Shown here piece after piece: positions 1-9,331 of a stretch of DNA of 41,110 nucleotides. Origin of the DNA: a bacterium. Its GTDB lineage: Bacteria > T1Sed10-126. Each line of letters begins with the position of its first letter. Positions within the stretch are counted from its first letter, which is position 1. The stretch is from positions 1 to 41,110 of the forward strand of contig PWOD01000233.1 of assembly GCA_003557545.1 (NCBI GenBank), in the 5' to 3' direction. The position numbers were made by a program, and so were the translations under genes. A model generated the notes under the pieces. The model searched no databases. It worked only from the letters and a program-made list of their open reading frames with translations, and was not told the origin of the DNA.

Positions 1-1
1 G

Positions 2-1084
2 GTGGTGTTTGCAATGTTCTGGTTGGTTAGCTGTCCAATTTCGGGACAGGCTGATCAATCCGACAGATGGGAAAGTTCCCGGGAGATTCTTTCCTACCGG
101 GTTGAATGTCGGGTTGACGGTAAGGAGTGCCGCCTTGTAGAGATTAAGGAGAAGTCAGAACAAGAGTTATTTTCTGGCTCGCCCGCAGCAGTTGAGGATA
201 AGCTTATCGAAAGTTTGCGAGAGCGATATGGGGAAGGACATCCTAATCTGCCGATCTGGACCATGGGTGGGTCTCAGTTCTGGTCGGATAGTTATCTGTT
301 GTCGGGCTGGCGTATTCAGGAAAATATATTAACTGGCCATTACCGGTTACTTGATCCTGAGGATTTGCGCCGGGCCTGGGGAAGTTATGAGGCTTGCAGG
401 ACAGTTCTGGCTGATTTTCAAAGGCAGCTTGATCTTCGTCCTAAAAGTGATCACGGGGTAGTTTTATTGCATGGACTTTTTCGCAGTCGTCATCATATGA
501 AACCGCTACAAGATGCTCTGAAAGAGGATGGGTATGAGGTAATTTCGATTAATTATCCAAGTACTCAGCAGTCGATAGAGGAACATGCACAGCAGATTGA
601 ACAGCTCTTGATTAAACTTGAAGGGATTGAAAAACTGTCATTTGTCACCCATAGTCTTGGTGGAATCATAATCCGTGCGTTATTCGGTCTTGAGAGCTGG
701 CAAAAGCAGTTTGAACCGGGTCGATTAGTCATGATTGCTCCACCCAATCAGGGCGCACAGGTGGCGGAGGCGATGGAAGATTTCTTTCCTTATCGTGTTA
801 TTACCGGAAAAGCTGGTGAAGAGCTGGTGGAAGAGGTTGTAACTGAGTTTCCTGTTCCTGACGTTGAGTTTGGGATTATCGCCGGTAAGGTTGAACATTC
901 AGTCGGTTGGAATCCACTGCTTGATGGGCCGGGGGACGGATTGATTGCGATCGATAGAACCCGGTTAGAAGAAGCGGGAGATTTTCTTAAGGTGGAGGGG
1001 CAGCATAGCTTTTTGCCGGGTAAAAGTGAGGTTATTGAAGCCACCCTTAAATTTTTAGAGTCCGGGCAGTTTGTCCCTAAGTAG
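2..1084 (+). CDS. alpha/beta-fold hydrolase (lipase/esterase-like), probable lipoprotein; 5' end may lie outside the window
   Basis: ORF is open from the window edge. 'VVLLHGLF' plus the nucleophile-elbow 'THSLGG' are typical of alpha/beta hydrolases. N-terminal 'FWLVSC' resembles the end of a lipoprotein signal peptide (lipobox L-V-S-C). Stop is TAG at 1082-1084. Confidence 0.75.
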   Translation: MVFAMFWLVSCPISGQADQSDRWESSREILSYRVECRVDGKECRLVEIKEKSEQELFSGSPAAVEDKLIESLRERYGEGHPNLPIWTMGGSQFWSDSYLLSGWRIQENILTGHYRLLDPEDLRRAWGSYEACRTVLADFQRQLDLRPKSDHGVVLLHGLFRSRHHMKPLQDALKEDGYEVISINYPSTQQSIEEHAQQIEQLLIKLEGIEKLSFVTHSLGGIIIRALFGLESWQKQFEPGRLVMIAPPNQGAQVAEAMEDFFPYRVITGKAGEELVEEVVTEFPVPDVEFGIIAGKVEHSVGWNPLLDGPGDGLIAIDRTRLEEAGDFLKVEGQHSFLPGKSEVIEATLKFLESGQFVPK

Positions 1085-1094
1085 TGGATTTAAA

Positions 1095-1367
1095 TTAGGC
1101 ATCAAACAGCTGTTCAAGCAACTGCTCGGCCGCTTCTTCAGAACTCACACCATTAACTGCCAGCTCACCGTCAGGATGGATATGGATGGTAGATTCACCG
1201 GAAATGATAACCAGGGCGTTTAACTCTTCCATGTGGATAACTCTATCAAATTTGTTTTTAGCAATTCGAGAGAGGGTTTTTAGATCAGGCGGATTGTTCA
1301 GCTGCCCCTGGACTGTATAGCTGCTGTCTTCCGCACAGTATTCGTAGATAGATAGATTGAAATCCAT
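1095..1367 (-). CDS. hypothetical small protein (90 aa), coupled to pyrF
   Basis: The ATG start lies 2 nt downstream of the pyrF stop on the same strand. The ORF is convergent with the hydrolase gene. No family recognised by eye. Stop is TAA. Confidence 0.5.
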   Translation of the reverse strand: MDFNLSIYEYCAEDSSYTVQGQLNNPPDLKTLSRIAKNKFDRVIHMEELNALVIISGESTIHIHPDGELAVNGVSSEEAAEQLLEQLFDA

Positions 1368-1369
1368 TG

Positions 1370-2038
1370 TCAGATAGTTCCAGAGGAAGAGTTGATTGTT
1401 TGTTTAATCTGTCTTATTTTTGCGGTAGGATCATCCGCCTGGTAGATCGCTCGTCCGATTATTTCAAAGTTAGCCCCGGCGGCTATGGCTGCCCCGTAAT
1501 CGCCTCCCTGGGCGCCTATGCCGCAGGAAACAATCGATAGCTCAGGACCCACTATCTGGCGAACGCGTCGAACAATTTCAGGCCGGTTACCCGGCGCCTG
1601 AACCCCGGCGAAACCAAGTTCCCGGGCCAGTTCGGCAAATTTTTCCCAGTGGGGCTCGAAAAAGTCGGCTCCTCCCGGATTGGTCAACTGGGTGGCAATA
1701 AATAGTTTCATATCACCAGCCGCCCGTTTGGCCCGCAGAAGGGCGTCGACACCGACAAAACCGTGGATCATTGCTGCTGACGCACCATATTCACGACAAA
1801 GGCGAATTATTCTATTGTTAGTTACTGGAACATCAGCAATTTTGAAATCGGCAAATACCGGTCGGTTAAATCGTTCGGCAGTCAGTTTGAGGATCTGTAT
1901 TCCTTCCTTTAAAACCAGTGGATAGTTGAACTTTATCAGGTCAACATGGTCGACCACCTGTTCAACTATTGAAAAGGCGGATTTTTGGTCGGGGAGATCA
2001 AGTGCCAGGATAATACCGGTTTCTTTTTTCCACAGCAT
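1370..2038 (-). CDS. pyrF: orotidine 5'-phosphate decarboxylase
   Basis: 'IILALDL' N-terminal strand, 'ADFKIADVPVTN' (the D-x-K-x-x-D-I/V-x-x-T active-site motif) and C-terminal 'GANFEIIGRAIYQADDP'. AGGAG lies about 8 nt upstream of the ATG. Confidence 0.75.
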   Translation of the reverse strand: MLWKKETGIILALDLPDQKSAFSIVEQVVDHVDLIKFNYPLVLKEGIQILKLTAERFNRPVFADFKIADVPVTNNRIIRLCREYGASAAMIHGFVGVDALLRAKRAAGDMKLFIATQLTNPGGADFFEPHWEKFAELARELGFAGVQAPGNRPEIVRRVRQIVGPELSIVSCGIGAQGGDYGAAIAAGANFEIIGRAIYQADDPTAKIRQIKQTINSSSGTI

Positions 2039-2126
2039 GGAACTGCTCCTTTAACTGTCAGGATCGGTTAGATTTGAAAGAGAATATTATCTATTTCAGT
2101 CAGCAGTTGGTCAACAGAGACGGTTT

Positions 2127-2714
2127 TTACAGATCAGCATTTTGTTTGGCCAGCTGTAGTCCTCGTTCGAACAGGGCAAGATTTTTTTCCAGAATAGAAT
2201 CTTTCTGGGAAGCAAATTTTTTAATCAGGGAATTTTTAACCGCTGTAGCTTTCAGTGGAAGATGATAAGTTGCTGCACCCAGCAGGAGAGTGTTGGTGCC
2301 CCGTTTGAAGTTCAGTTCAGCAGCCAGCTCCGAGGCTTTTAACAGTAAACTGTTTTTGTTTAATCGTAGTTTGTTCAGTAGAAGTTCAAGCTCCGGATAG
2401 CCGGGGATGTTTTTGATCGGATCGATACTGCTAATTATCTGTCCGGTTGGTTTCAGCCAGTCCAGGTGTCTGATAGTTTCAAGCGGTTCCAATCCCAGCA
2501 GGAGGTCAGCCTGATGGCGTGGAACAAGGCCGGTGGAGGGAGGGTATTGATTAATTCGCAGGTGTGAGACTACAGCGCCCCCTCGCTGGGCCATGCCGTG
2601 GACTTCAGATTGCTTAATTCGCAGATCAGTTTGTAGAACCGCCTCACCAATTATTGCTGAGATTGTAAGTATTCCCTGGCCGCCAACTCCGGCGATAATC
2701 ATGTCGGTTTGCAT
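2127..2714 (-). CDS. iorB: indolepyruvate:ferredoxin oxidoreductase, beta subunit
   Basis: N-terminal 'IIAGVGGQGILT' and 'HGMAQRGG' are typical of the gamma-like or IorB subunit of 2-oxoacid:ferredoxin oxidoreductases. It lies directly downstream of iorA. Confidence 0.8.
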   Translation of the reverse strand: MQTDMIIAGVGGQGILTISAIIGEAVLQTDLRIKQSEVHGMAQRGGAVVSHLRINQYPPSTGLVPRHQADLLLGLEPLETIRHLDWLKPTGQIISSIDPIKNIPGYPELELLLNKLRLNKNSLLLKASELAAELNFKRGTNTLLLGAATYHLPLKATAVKNSLIKKFASQKDSILEKNLALFERGLQLAKQNADL

Positions 2715-2784
2715 AATTTAAACTCTCCTAAGTTTTTTGATAAGCCCTGAGTTAGATTATTTTCAAGGGCGTAAACTGTTAAAA

Positions 2785-4353
2785 CTACCTAAGTTTGATA
2801 CAGGCCCGGCGCAGAATTAAAACCGAAACTCCGTCGTAGTTGCTCTCTTCAACCAGGAGTTTGAGATTCTTTTTTTTCTCAGTAGCAAGAGGTTTGAGTA
2901 GATGAATATGTTCCGGCGAAACTCCAATTCCCCGGCAGATATCTTCCAGGGAGTCCGCCCCAATAGAGGTCTGCCCGCCGGTCATAGCGGTTGTTCGGTT
3001 ATCAAGAATAAGCACGGTAATATTTGTTGATTCATAGACCGCATCCAGCAGACCTGTCATTCCGGAGTGGGTAAAGGTTGAATCTCCAATCAGTGCCAGT
3101 GAGGGATGTAGACCGGCATCAGCAGCACCCTTGGCCATGGTTATAGAAGCTCCCATATCTACACAGGTATGGATGGCTTCATAAGGTGCTAGATAACCGA
3201 GGGTATAACATCCTATGTCGGAAAAAGCCCGTCCTTTGGGATTTAGTTCAAGAAACTCTTTAACTACATCGAAACTGTCGGCGTGTGGACAACCGGGACA
3301 GAGCTTTGGGGGACGAGGTGGTAGTTGAAACTGAGAATCTTGTTCTTCATTGTCAAGGTTAAGAGCTGGTTTGATCGTTTCCGGGGTTAATTCACCGGTC
3401 AGTGACAGGGGACCTTGAATTCGTCCAAGGAGCTTTTTCCGGGGGTAGGCATCCTGTAAAAACTGTTCAATTAAGGGGGCCCCGTCTTCCAGTATAAGTA
3501 GCTGTTCAAACCGTTCAGAAAAATCTCTTAGTTTCTGCCTGGGTAGTGGATAGCGGGAGATTTTCAGGCAGGGATGGGGCAGCTCGCCGTTGTTGGCAAA
3601 CTCCTCCAGGTAGCCAAAGCCGATACCCGCTGCAATAATACCAAGTTGAGAATCGCGACCGGCAATCCGCCGGTTTTTTCTGGAACTCTCTGCCGCCGCC
3701 CTGATCTTCTCCCGCTTTTCAGTCAACAGTTGATAGTTTTTGCGAGCATTTAGAGGGATTAGAGTGTATCTGTTATGTTGACGGTTAGGGGAAAAATTAG
3801 CGGGGGGTTGAGGCGGTGCCAGCTTGACGTCAGCTCGGGTATGGGCGATTCTGGTGACAATCCTGACAAGTACCGGAAGGGAGAATTTTTCCGATATTTC
3901 AAAGGCGTTTCGGGTGAAATCATAGGCTTCTTGTTGATCGGCCGGTTCTAAAACAGGAATTCCGGCAAATTCTCCGTAGAAGCGGGAATCCTGTTCATTT
4001 TGGCTGGAATGCATAGAAGGATCATCGGCAACGATCAGTACGAGCCCCCCGTCAATTCCAGTTATTGCCGAGTTAACAAAGGGATCCGCTGCAACATTCA
4101 GTCCGACGTGTTTCATGCTGACCATGGTTCTTAAGCCACAGTAGGAATGGCCCAGCGCTGCTTCGTAAGCAGTTTTTTCATTGCTGCTCCATTTTCGATG
4201 AACCTGTCTTTCGTCAGCCTCCTCGGATTCCATAATATATTCCATAATCTCGGTTGAAGGAGTACCAGGATATGAATAAGCAGCCCCGATGCCCGCGTCA
4301 AGGGCAGCCTGTGCAACTGCTTCGTCACCCAGTAATAGTTTCCGTTCTGTCAT
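2785..4353 (-). CDS. iorA: indolepyruvate:ferredoxin oxidoreductase, alpha subunit (no C-terminal ferredoxin-type Cys motifs visible)
   Basis: 'LLGDEAVAQAALDAGIGAAYSYPGTPSTEI', 'CPGCPH' and the TPP-binding 'GDSTFTHSGMTGL...NRTTAMTGGQ'. Ends 'RRACIKLR' with TAG, followed by TTT TAA. Confidence 0.85.
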   Translation of the reverse strand: MTERKLLLGDEAVAQAALDAGIGAAYSYPGTPSTEIMEYIMESEEADERQVHRKWSSNEKTAYEAALGHSYCGLRTMVSMKHVGLNVAADPFVNSAITGIDGGLVLIVADDPSMHSSQNEQDSRFYGEFAGIPVLEPADQQEAYDFTRNAFEISEKFSLPVLVRIVTRIAHTRADVKLAPPQPPANFSPNRQHNRYTLIPLNARKNYQLLTEKREKIRAAAESSRKNRRIAGRDSQLGIIAAGIGFGYLEEFANNGELPHPCLKISRYPLPRQKLRDFSERFEQLLILEDGAPLIEQFLQDAYPRKKLLGRIQGPLSLTGELTPETIKPALNLDNEEQDSQFQLPPRPPKLCPGCPHADSFDVVKEFLELNPKGRAFSDIGCYTLGYLAPYEAIHTCVDMGASITMAKGAADAGLHPSLALIGDSTFTHSGMTGLLDAVYESTNITVLILDNRTTAMTGGQTSIGADSLEDICRGIGVSPEHIHLLKPLATEKKKNLKLLVEESNYDGVSVLILRRACIKLR

Positions 4354-4414
4354 TTTTTCATCACCATCAGTTTAAGTTATTGGTAGCAAATTGCTCCTGG
4401 TAAGTCGGGATAGT

Positions 4415-4846
4415 TTAAAGGGCCAGGACCTCTTCATTGGTAAGTACCGTAAAACCATTTTCGCGCAGAATGGTTCCAGCCCTGGTGAGCTGTTCGAAGC
4501 GAAAGACCATAATCGCCGCATTCTCAGCCTTTTCCACAAAAGCATACATATATTCTACATTGATTGAGGCGTCGGTCAAAGCGGCTAGAACCCGGGCTAA
4601 TCCCCCGGGTTTATCCGGCACTTCTACTGCAATGACCTCAGTAAACTTGAAGATGATATCGCCATCCTCAAGAACTTTACGAGCATGTTCTGGCTGGTCA
4701 ACAATTAAACGAAGAATTCCAAAATCACTAGTATCAGCCAGTGAGAGGGCGCGGATGTTAATCCCCGCCTGTCCGAGCAGAGCTGTTATATGGTTGAGTC
4801 TTCCCAGGCGATTTTCTAAAAAGATGCTTATCTGTTGAACCTTCAC
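4415..4846 (-). CDS. ACT-domain (amino-acid-binding) protein
   Basis: 143 aa with two ACT-like repeats ('ISIFLENRLGRL...', 'VIAVEVPDKPGGLARV...'). Its position between paaK and iorA is a common arrangement. Confidence 0.75.
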   Translation of the reverse strand: MKVQQISIFLENRLGRLNHITALLGQAGINIRALSLADTSDFGILRLIVDQPEHARKVLEDGDIIFKFTEVIAVEVPDKPGGLARVLAALTDASINVEYMYAFVEKAENAAIMVFRFEQLTRAGTILRENGFTVLTNEEVLAL

Positions 4847-4879
4847 AATATCACTTCCTGTCTATAGGCTGGTTAGCGG

Positions 4880-6178
4880 TTAAGTACGGTGGTCGATAAC
4901 TCGTTGGGACTTACCCTGATGCCGTTTTAAACTGCGTGGTTCGACCAGCGTAATTTTAGCCCGTAGGTTAAGTGTGTTAATAATAGCATGATTGATTTTT
5001 TGCTGGAGTTTTTCCAGCCCTTTAACTGCATCAGTAAATAGTTTGCGATTGACTTCAACCTGGATTTCCAACTCATCCAGTGTTCCTTCACGCTTAACAA
5101 TTATCTGGTAGTGGGGCTCGGTCTCTTCAATCTCTAACAGGACTGCTTCGATCTGTGATGGAAACACATTAACACCCCGAATAATCAACATATCATCGGT
5201 GCGCCCCCGGACCCGTTCCATCCGGGCAAAGGTGCGACCACAGGGACAGGGTTCACGTGTTATCGAGGTGATATCCCGGGTACGATAGCGGAGGAGAGGT
5301 AGGGCCTGCTTGGTCATGCAGGTTATGACCAGTTCGCCCTGCTCCCCTTCGGGCAGTGGTTGGCCTGATACTGGATCGATGATTTCAGGATAAAAATGAT
5401 CTTCAAAGATATGTAACCCCTGTTTTTCCAGACATTCGCTGGAAACTCCAGGACCGATGATTTCACTTAATCCGTAGATATCCAGAGCATCAATATTCAT
5501 TCGCTGTTCGATAGATTGGCGCATACTGTCAGACCATGGTTCGGCTCCGAAAAAACCGGTTTTAAGTGGCAGAGAATGGAAATCAATCCCCTCTTCGCGC
5601 GCGGTTTCCAGCAGTTGTAGTGCGTAGGTTGGCGTACAGCAGAGCAGGGTTGTGTTGAAATCTTCCATCAGCTGGAGCTGCTGACGTGAGTTGCCACTGG
5701 AAATGGGGATTACAGTTGCCCCAAGTTTTTCACCACCGTAGTGCATCCCCAGTCCTCCGGTAAATAGTCCGTAACCATAGGCGACCTGGACCACATCATT
5801 GGCAGAACCGCCGCCGCAGGCAAGGGTTCGTGCCGCCAATCTTGACCACAGGTCTATATCCTGTTTTGTGTAGCCGACTACTGTGGGTTTTCCGGTTGTT
5901 CCAGAGGAGGCATGCACCCGCACAACATCCTCCAGGTCGGCAGCAAATAATCCAAAAGGATAATTGTCCCGAAAATCTTCTTTAATTGTGAAGGGGAGAT
6001 CTTGTAGCTGTTCGAGGGAGTTAATATCTCCCGGTTTGACTCCGCAGTGTTTAAGTTTATTACGATAAAATAAGACATTTTCATAAAGGTAATTAACCAG
6101 GGAGGCAAGTCTATTCGTCTGGAGTTTTCGTAGTTGTTCGGGGGGTAGTGATTGGTCTTCGCTGTCGAAATAGTCCAT
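4880..6178 (-). CDS. paaK: phenylacetate-CoA ligase
   Basis: AMP-binding motif 'SSGTTGKPT' and a PaaK-like N-terminus '[29 protein letters not shown]'. The ORF is open to a TTG at 6211, but the ATG at 6178 (MDYFDSED) has GGAGAG 7 nt upstream and gives the usual ~432 aa. Confidence 0.85.
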   Translation of the reverse strand: MDYFDSEDQSLPPEQLRKLQTNRLASLVNYLYENVLFYRNKLKHCGVKPGDINSLEQLQDLPFTIKEDFRDNYPFGLFAADLEDVVRVHASSGTTGKPTVVGYTKQDIDLWSRLAARTLACGGGSANDVVQVAYGYGLFTGGLGMHYGGEKLGATVIPISSGNSRQQLQLMEDFNTTLLCCTPTYALQLLETAREEGIDFHSLPLKTGFFGAEPWSDSMRQSIEQRMNIDALDIYGLSEIIGPGVSSECLEKQGLHIFEDHFYPEIIDPVSGQPLPEGEQGELVITCMTKQALPLLRYRTRDITSITREPCPCGRTFARMERVRGRTDDMLIIRGVNVFPSQIEAVLLEIEETEPHYQIIVKREGTLDELEIQVEVNRKLFTDAVKGLEKLQQKINHAIINTLNLRAKITLVEPRSLKRHQGKSQRVIDHRT

Positions 6179-6343
6179 TGATAAGCTCTCCATTCTCCGG
6201 ATTAGCGGCAAATCTTTATTCGCTTCATGGTGGTCTTTATTATTTAGGTATAGCTGATCTCACTATGTAAGAAATCCAGGTTATTTTTGTAAACAATGAT
6301 AAAACAGGTTTTGCAATGAGTGTAGGGAAAGACAATTGAAAAT

Positions 6344-7513
6344 TCAAGTTTGTTGTTGCTCGGGATCCGCTGGTGGTGATGGAACATCTGGGGAGGGGCG
6401 AAAGAGAAAAGCATAAAATCCAAGGGCCAGCGGAACGGCCAGTATAAAACCCAGTGCTCCACCAAAAGAACGGACCAGGGAGCTGGCAATAAGTTCCCTA
6501 TTAAGTTGTGAACGTAATGATTCTGGGAATAAATAGAGGCTAAAAAATAGGAGCAGATCAGTTCCCAGGTAAGCCAGCAAAAGAGTGTTACACATCGTTC
6601 CCAGAAGTCGTCGGCTGACCGTAGTAGTTCGTTTCAGCAGTTCACTAAAGGGTAACTCCTTACGGCGAGTAGAGATTTCTGCTGCTGAAGAGTTTATGTC
6701 AACTGCTACGTCGAGGACCAGTCCGAGTATGCCGATCAGTGCTCCTCCGATGAACAGGGCGAAAAAATTAATATCGGCAAGCTGTTCGGGAAAATAGCGA
6801 CGCGCGTAGTCTAATGTCTGAACAGTATCGTCACTGAGACCACTGAGCGAAAGGAGGTGGGTGAATATTGCCAGAATAATGAGAGCGACAACACCAGTGG
6901 CCAGCGTCGTGAAAATTGCGGAAAGGGCTTTTCGGTTAAATCCTAAAGCAGAGGGTAGAACCAGGCAGGAAACCAGCAGATAAAAAATACCAATTTCTAA
7001 TATTATTGGTGAACCGGTCTGTATACGAGGTAGTAAAAAATAGAAAAAATAGCTGGTACCCAGTGCCAGACCGAGCAAACCTCGTAGAGTTGGCCATCCG
7101 CCGGCCAGCATACATAATATCAGGGAGATAATAATTAACAGGCTGTAGCGGTAAACCCGGTTATGGCTGATAAAGATGAACCGCTCCGGTTCATCCGGTG
7201 AGGCTTGTAGAATAACTGGAGTTCCTTCAACAAGCAGCTGCTGAGGAAGATCCAGAGCTGCTTTGTCCAGTTTAATTGTTGGTTGAGCGTCGGGCAGATA
7301 GACAAGTAGCTTCCAGTGATCGGCGCCTTCTTCCAGCAGTTGACCCCGGTAAAAATTGGGCTGCCGTTCCAGCTGTTCAACAAAGGGATGACCGACTATA
7401 TCAAGATCCACCGGCACAAAGTTTCCTCGTTCGGGTTGTCGGGCGCTGGCGGAGCAGGCGATTAAGCTGCTCATAAGAAGGAGGATAAAGAGGAATGGGA
7501 CTGTTTTATACAT
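6344..7513 (-). CDS. YibE/F-like integral membrane protein (lipoprotein-type signal, N-terminal extracytoplasmic domain)
   Basis: Signal 'LLMSSLIAC', then a ~110-aa soluble domain and multiple TM helices. 'LDVAVDINSSAAEIS' resembles the YibE/F signature as recalled. Its start overlaps the upstream paralog's stop by 8 nt. Confidence 0.6.
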   Translation of the reverse strand: MYKTVPFLFILLLMSSLIACSASARQPERGNFVPVDLDIVGHPFVEQLERQPNFYRGQLLEEGADHWKLLVYLPDAQPTIKLDKAALDLPQQLLVEGTPVILQASPDEPERFIFISHNRVYRYSLLIIISLILCMLAGGWPTLRGLLGLALGTSYFFYFLLPRIQTGSPIILEIGIFYLLVSCLVLPSALGFNRKALSAIFTTLATGVVALIILAIFTHLLSLSGLSDDTVQTLDYARRYFPEQLADINFFALFIGGALIGILGLVLDVAVDINSSAAEISTRRKELPFSELLKRTTTVSRRLLGTMCNTLLLAYLGTDLLLFFSLYLFPESLRSQLNRELIASSLVRSFGGALGFILAVPLALGFYAFLFRPSPDVPSPPADPEQQQT

Positions 7514-8615
7514 CCTGTTTGCACCACCAGGCAGTTATTGTTGAACTTAAGGGGATTATTAGGGCAAGGCCGACCAGAGCGGCGGAGATACGTAAAATTT
7601 CAATACCGATAAAATCATAGTTTAGATATTTCATCCATGAAATTTCAAATAGTTCAAAGGCTAACAGAGCCGGGAGCATTACACCCAAATAAGCAAAAAA
7701 TAAGGTGTTTATCATTGTTGATAAGATCTGTCCCCCAACCCGTTGGCCACTTTTAAATAGTTGGATAAAGGGAAGGTTTTTTTGATCACGGGATATTTCG
7801 TCGATTGTTGAGCCGATAACAATCGCCACATCCATCATCGCGCCCAGTGTGCTGAGGACTATTCCACTTATTATAAGATGTCCAAGGTTGGTTGGTGTGA
7901 GACCGGTTTGATGATCCATCCAGGTTAAGATCAGTCGAGCATGGCGGGCCCGGTTGGCATCAAGATGAAAAAAACCGTAGGCCCAGTTGCTGTAGATGAA
8001 GGTCAGCAGTAATCCGGCCAGCAGGGCCAGGATTGCCGGATAGGCGGCTCGTTGAAAACCGGTAACGAAAAAAATCGTATAAAGTACGGTGAGCATACAG
8101 ATGATAATCGCCAGAGGTAGCAGAGGAAACCCGGCAAGGCTGGCCGGAAAGAGGAAAAAGAAAAATAGTCCGCCGCTTAAAACTGCTGAGCTAAGTCCCA
8201 CCAGTCCCTCCCAACGGCCAATTATGAACAGAACCAGAGTAACGATTAAAAATAATAGAAGTAGTCCGTGTTCCCGTTGTTGCTCACCCAGAGAAAAGCT
8301 AATTCGTTCATTTTCACGATATTCAGCGGTACCGATGAATCGGTTCCCGGGTTGAAAATTACGGTCATAGAGGGGTTCGCCCCACTGATGTGTTTGGTGG
8401 ATAAAGGTGTCGCCCTGTTCTGGACCTGTATGAAATTTAAACAGGACCGCAACCGGGCCGGCCTCGGTATCGTCGGCGGGGGCTGTGAGTAGTTCCAGAG
8501 TTTCGACAACAACTGTTTGATCTCGAGAAAGAGCAATCCGGGGAGTTAACAATAATAACAGGAAGAGCAGTCCGTAGAGAAGAGCCCGGCTTTTATAATT
8601 CATGGTGCCAATCAC
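7506..8615 (-). CDS. YibE/F-like integral membrane protein (paralog)
   Basis: Same architecture as the downstream paralog, with 'GAMMDVAIVIGSTIDEIS'. The ORF opens at GTG 8615. The ATG at 8603 (MNYKSRALL...) is an alternative start with GAGGTG upstream. Confidence 0.6.
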   Translation of the reverse strand: MIGTMNYKSRALLYGLLFLLLLLTPRIALSRDQTVVVETLELLTAPADDTEAGPVAVLFKFHTGPEQGDTFIHQTHQWGEPLYDRNFQPGNRFIGTAEYRENERISFSLGEQQREHGLLLLFLIVTLVLFIIGRWEGLVGLSSAVLSGGLFFFFLFPASLAGFPLLPLAIIICMLTVLYTIFFVTGFQRAAYPAILALLAGLLLTFIYSNWAYGFFHLDANRARHARLILTWMDHQTGLTPTNLGHLIISGIVLSTLGAMMDVAIVIGSTIDEISRDQKNLPFIQLFKSGQRVGGQILSTMINTLFFAYLGVMLPALLAFELFEISWMKYLNYDFIGIEILRISAALVGLALIIPLSSTITAWWCKQDV

Positions 8616-8741
8616 ACCTCGAGAGATCAGGGTGAAGATTCCAATTATATCCGTAAATTTTAAAGTAAGCTGGAAAATAGTCCAAGAGTGTTATTGGTTA
8701 GCGATAAAAAAAGATTTTTTGGTAAAATTCAGAGAATTCTC

Positions 8742-8770
8742 TTGCGTAAAATTAAAAAATAGCTAAAAAT
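8742..8770 (+). promoter_or_regulatory. candidate sigma70-type promoter for tRNA-Gly
   Basis: TTGCGT (8742-8747), a 17-nt A/T-rich spacer, then AAAAAT (8765-8770), about 30 nt upstream of the tRNA. The match is weak. Confidence 0.2.
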
Positions 8771-8799
8771 TAATGGTGTGGTTGAAGTCTGCTTTAGTT

Positions 8800-8870
8800 G
8801 CGGGCGTAGTTCAATGGTAGAACATCAGCTTCCCAAGCTGGTAATGTGGGTTCGATTCCCATCGCCCGCT
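8800..8870 (+). tRNA. tRNA-Gly (anticodon CCC)
   Basis: Cloverleaf folded by hand: acceptor GCGGGCG/CGCCCGC, D-stem GTTC/GAAC, anticodon stem TCAGC/GCTGG with loop TTCCCAA (CCC at 8832-8834), and T-arm GTGGG-TTCGATT-CCCAT. Discriminator is T. No CCA is encoded. Confidence 0.9.
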
Positions 8871-9098
8871 CTCATGTGGTGGTTCTGGGAGTCAAATAGA
8901 GGACAATCAAATTCTAAGATTTAAAAATCAGGGGTGGGAACGATTTGGCCAGGTAGAGTTTGCCCTCTAAATTTAAATTTTTTATCGGTTTTGCTAACTA
9001 TTTATTCAATTGATTCGATAATAAGATTAAGCTGAGTGGATAGGGCTGGACCGTCGGCTTTATTCAGGCCTCATCTATTTTTCATATTATATCTCATG

Positions 9099-9134
9099 AG
9101 CCCCAAAGGTTATTTACTCCTTTGGGGCTTTTTT
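9099..9134 (+). terminator. rho-independent terminator (orphan)
   Basis: An 11-bp perfect stem AGCCCCAAAGG / CCTTTGGGGCT with a 9-nt loop, followed by a T-run (9129-9134). No annotated gene ends here. Confidence 0.6.
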
Positions 9135-9222
9135 ACTGATGATTTAATTAAAAAAACATTTCTTCTTTGGGTCATATCTGTTAAACTTCTTTACTTGAAA
9201 TTAGCTATTAATGATCTGTAAG

Positions 9223-9251
9223 TTGTAAAAAACCACACGTTTCCGGATTAT
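9223..9251 (+). promoter_or_regulatory. candidate promoter for the rpsB operon
   Basis: TTGTAA (9223-9228), a 17-nt spacer, then GATTAT (9246-9251), about 80 nt upstream of the rpsB ATG. The match is moderate. Confidence 0.25.
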
Positions 9252-9331
9252 GAACGGGGTGCTTATCAAGCTGATAAGTTCGTTTTATTAGAAGGAGACG
9301 GAGGAAAAACCATTTTTTGGAGGAGTTTGTT

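Noticed and set aside
9036-9221. 61-aa ORF in the tRNA-rpsB spacer.
   Set aside because: It has a GTG-type start and no RBS. It reads straight through the 9099-9134 terminator hairpin, and its sequence is hydrophobic and low-complexity. The region is treated as non-coding.
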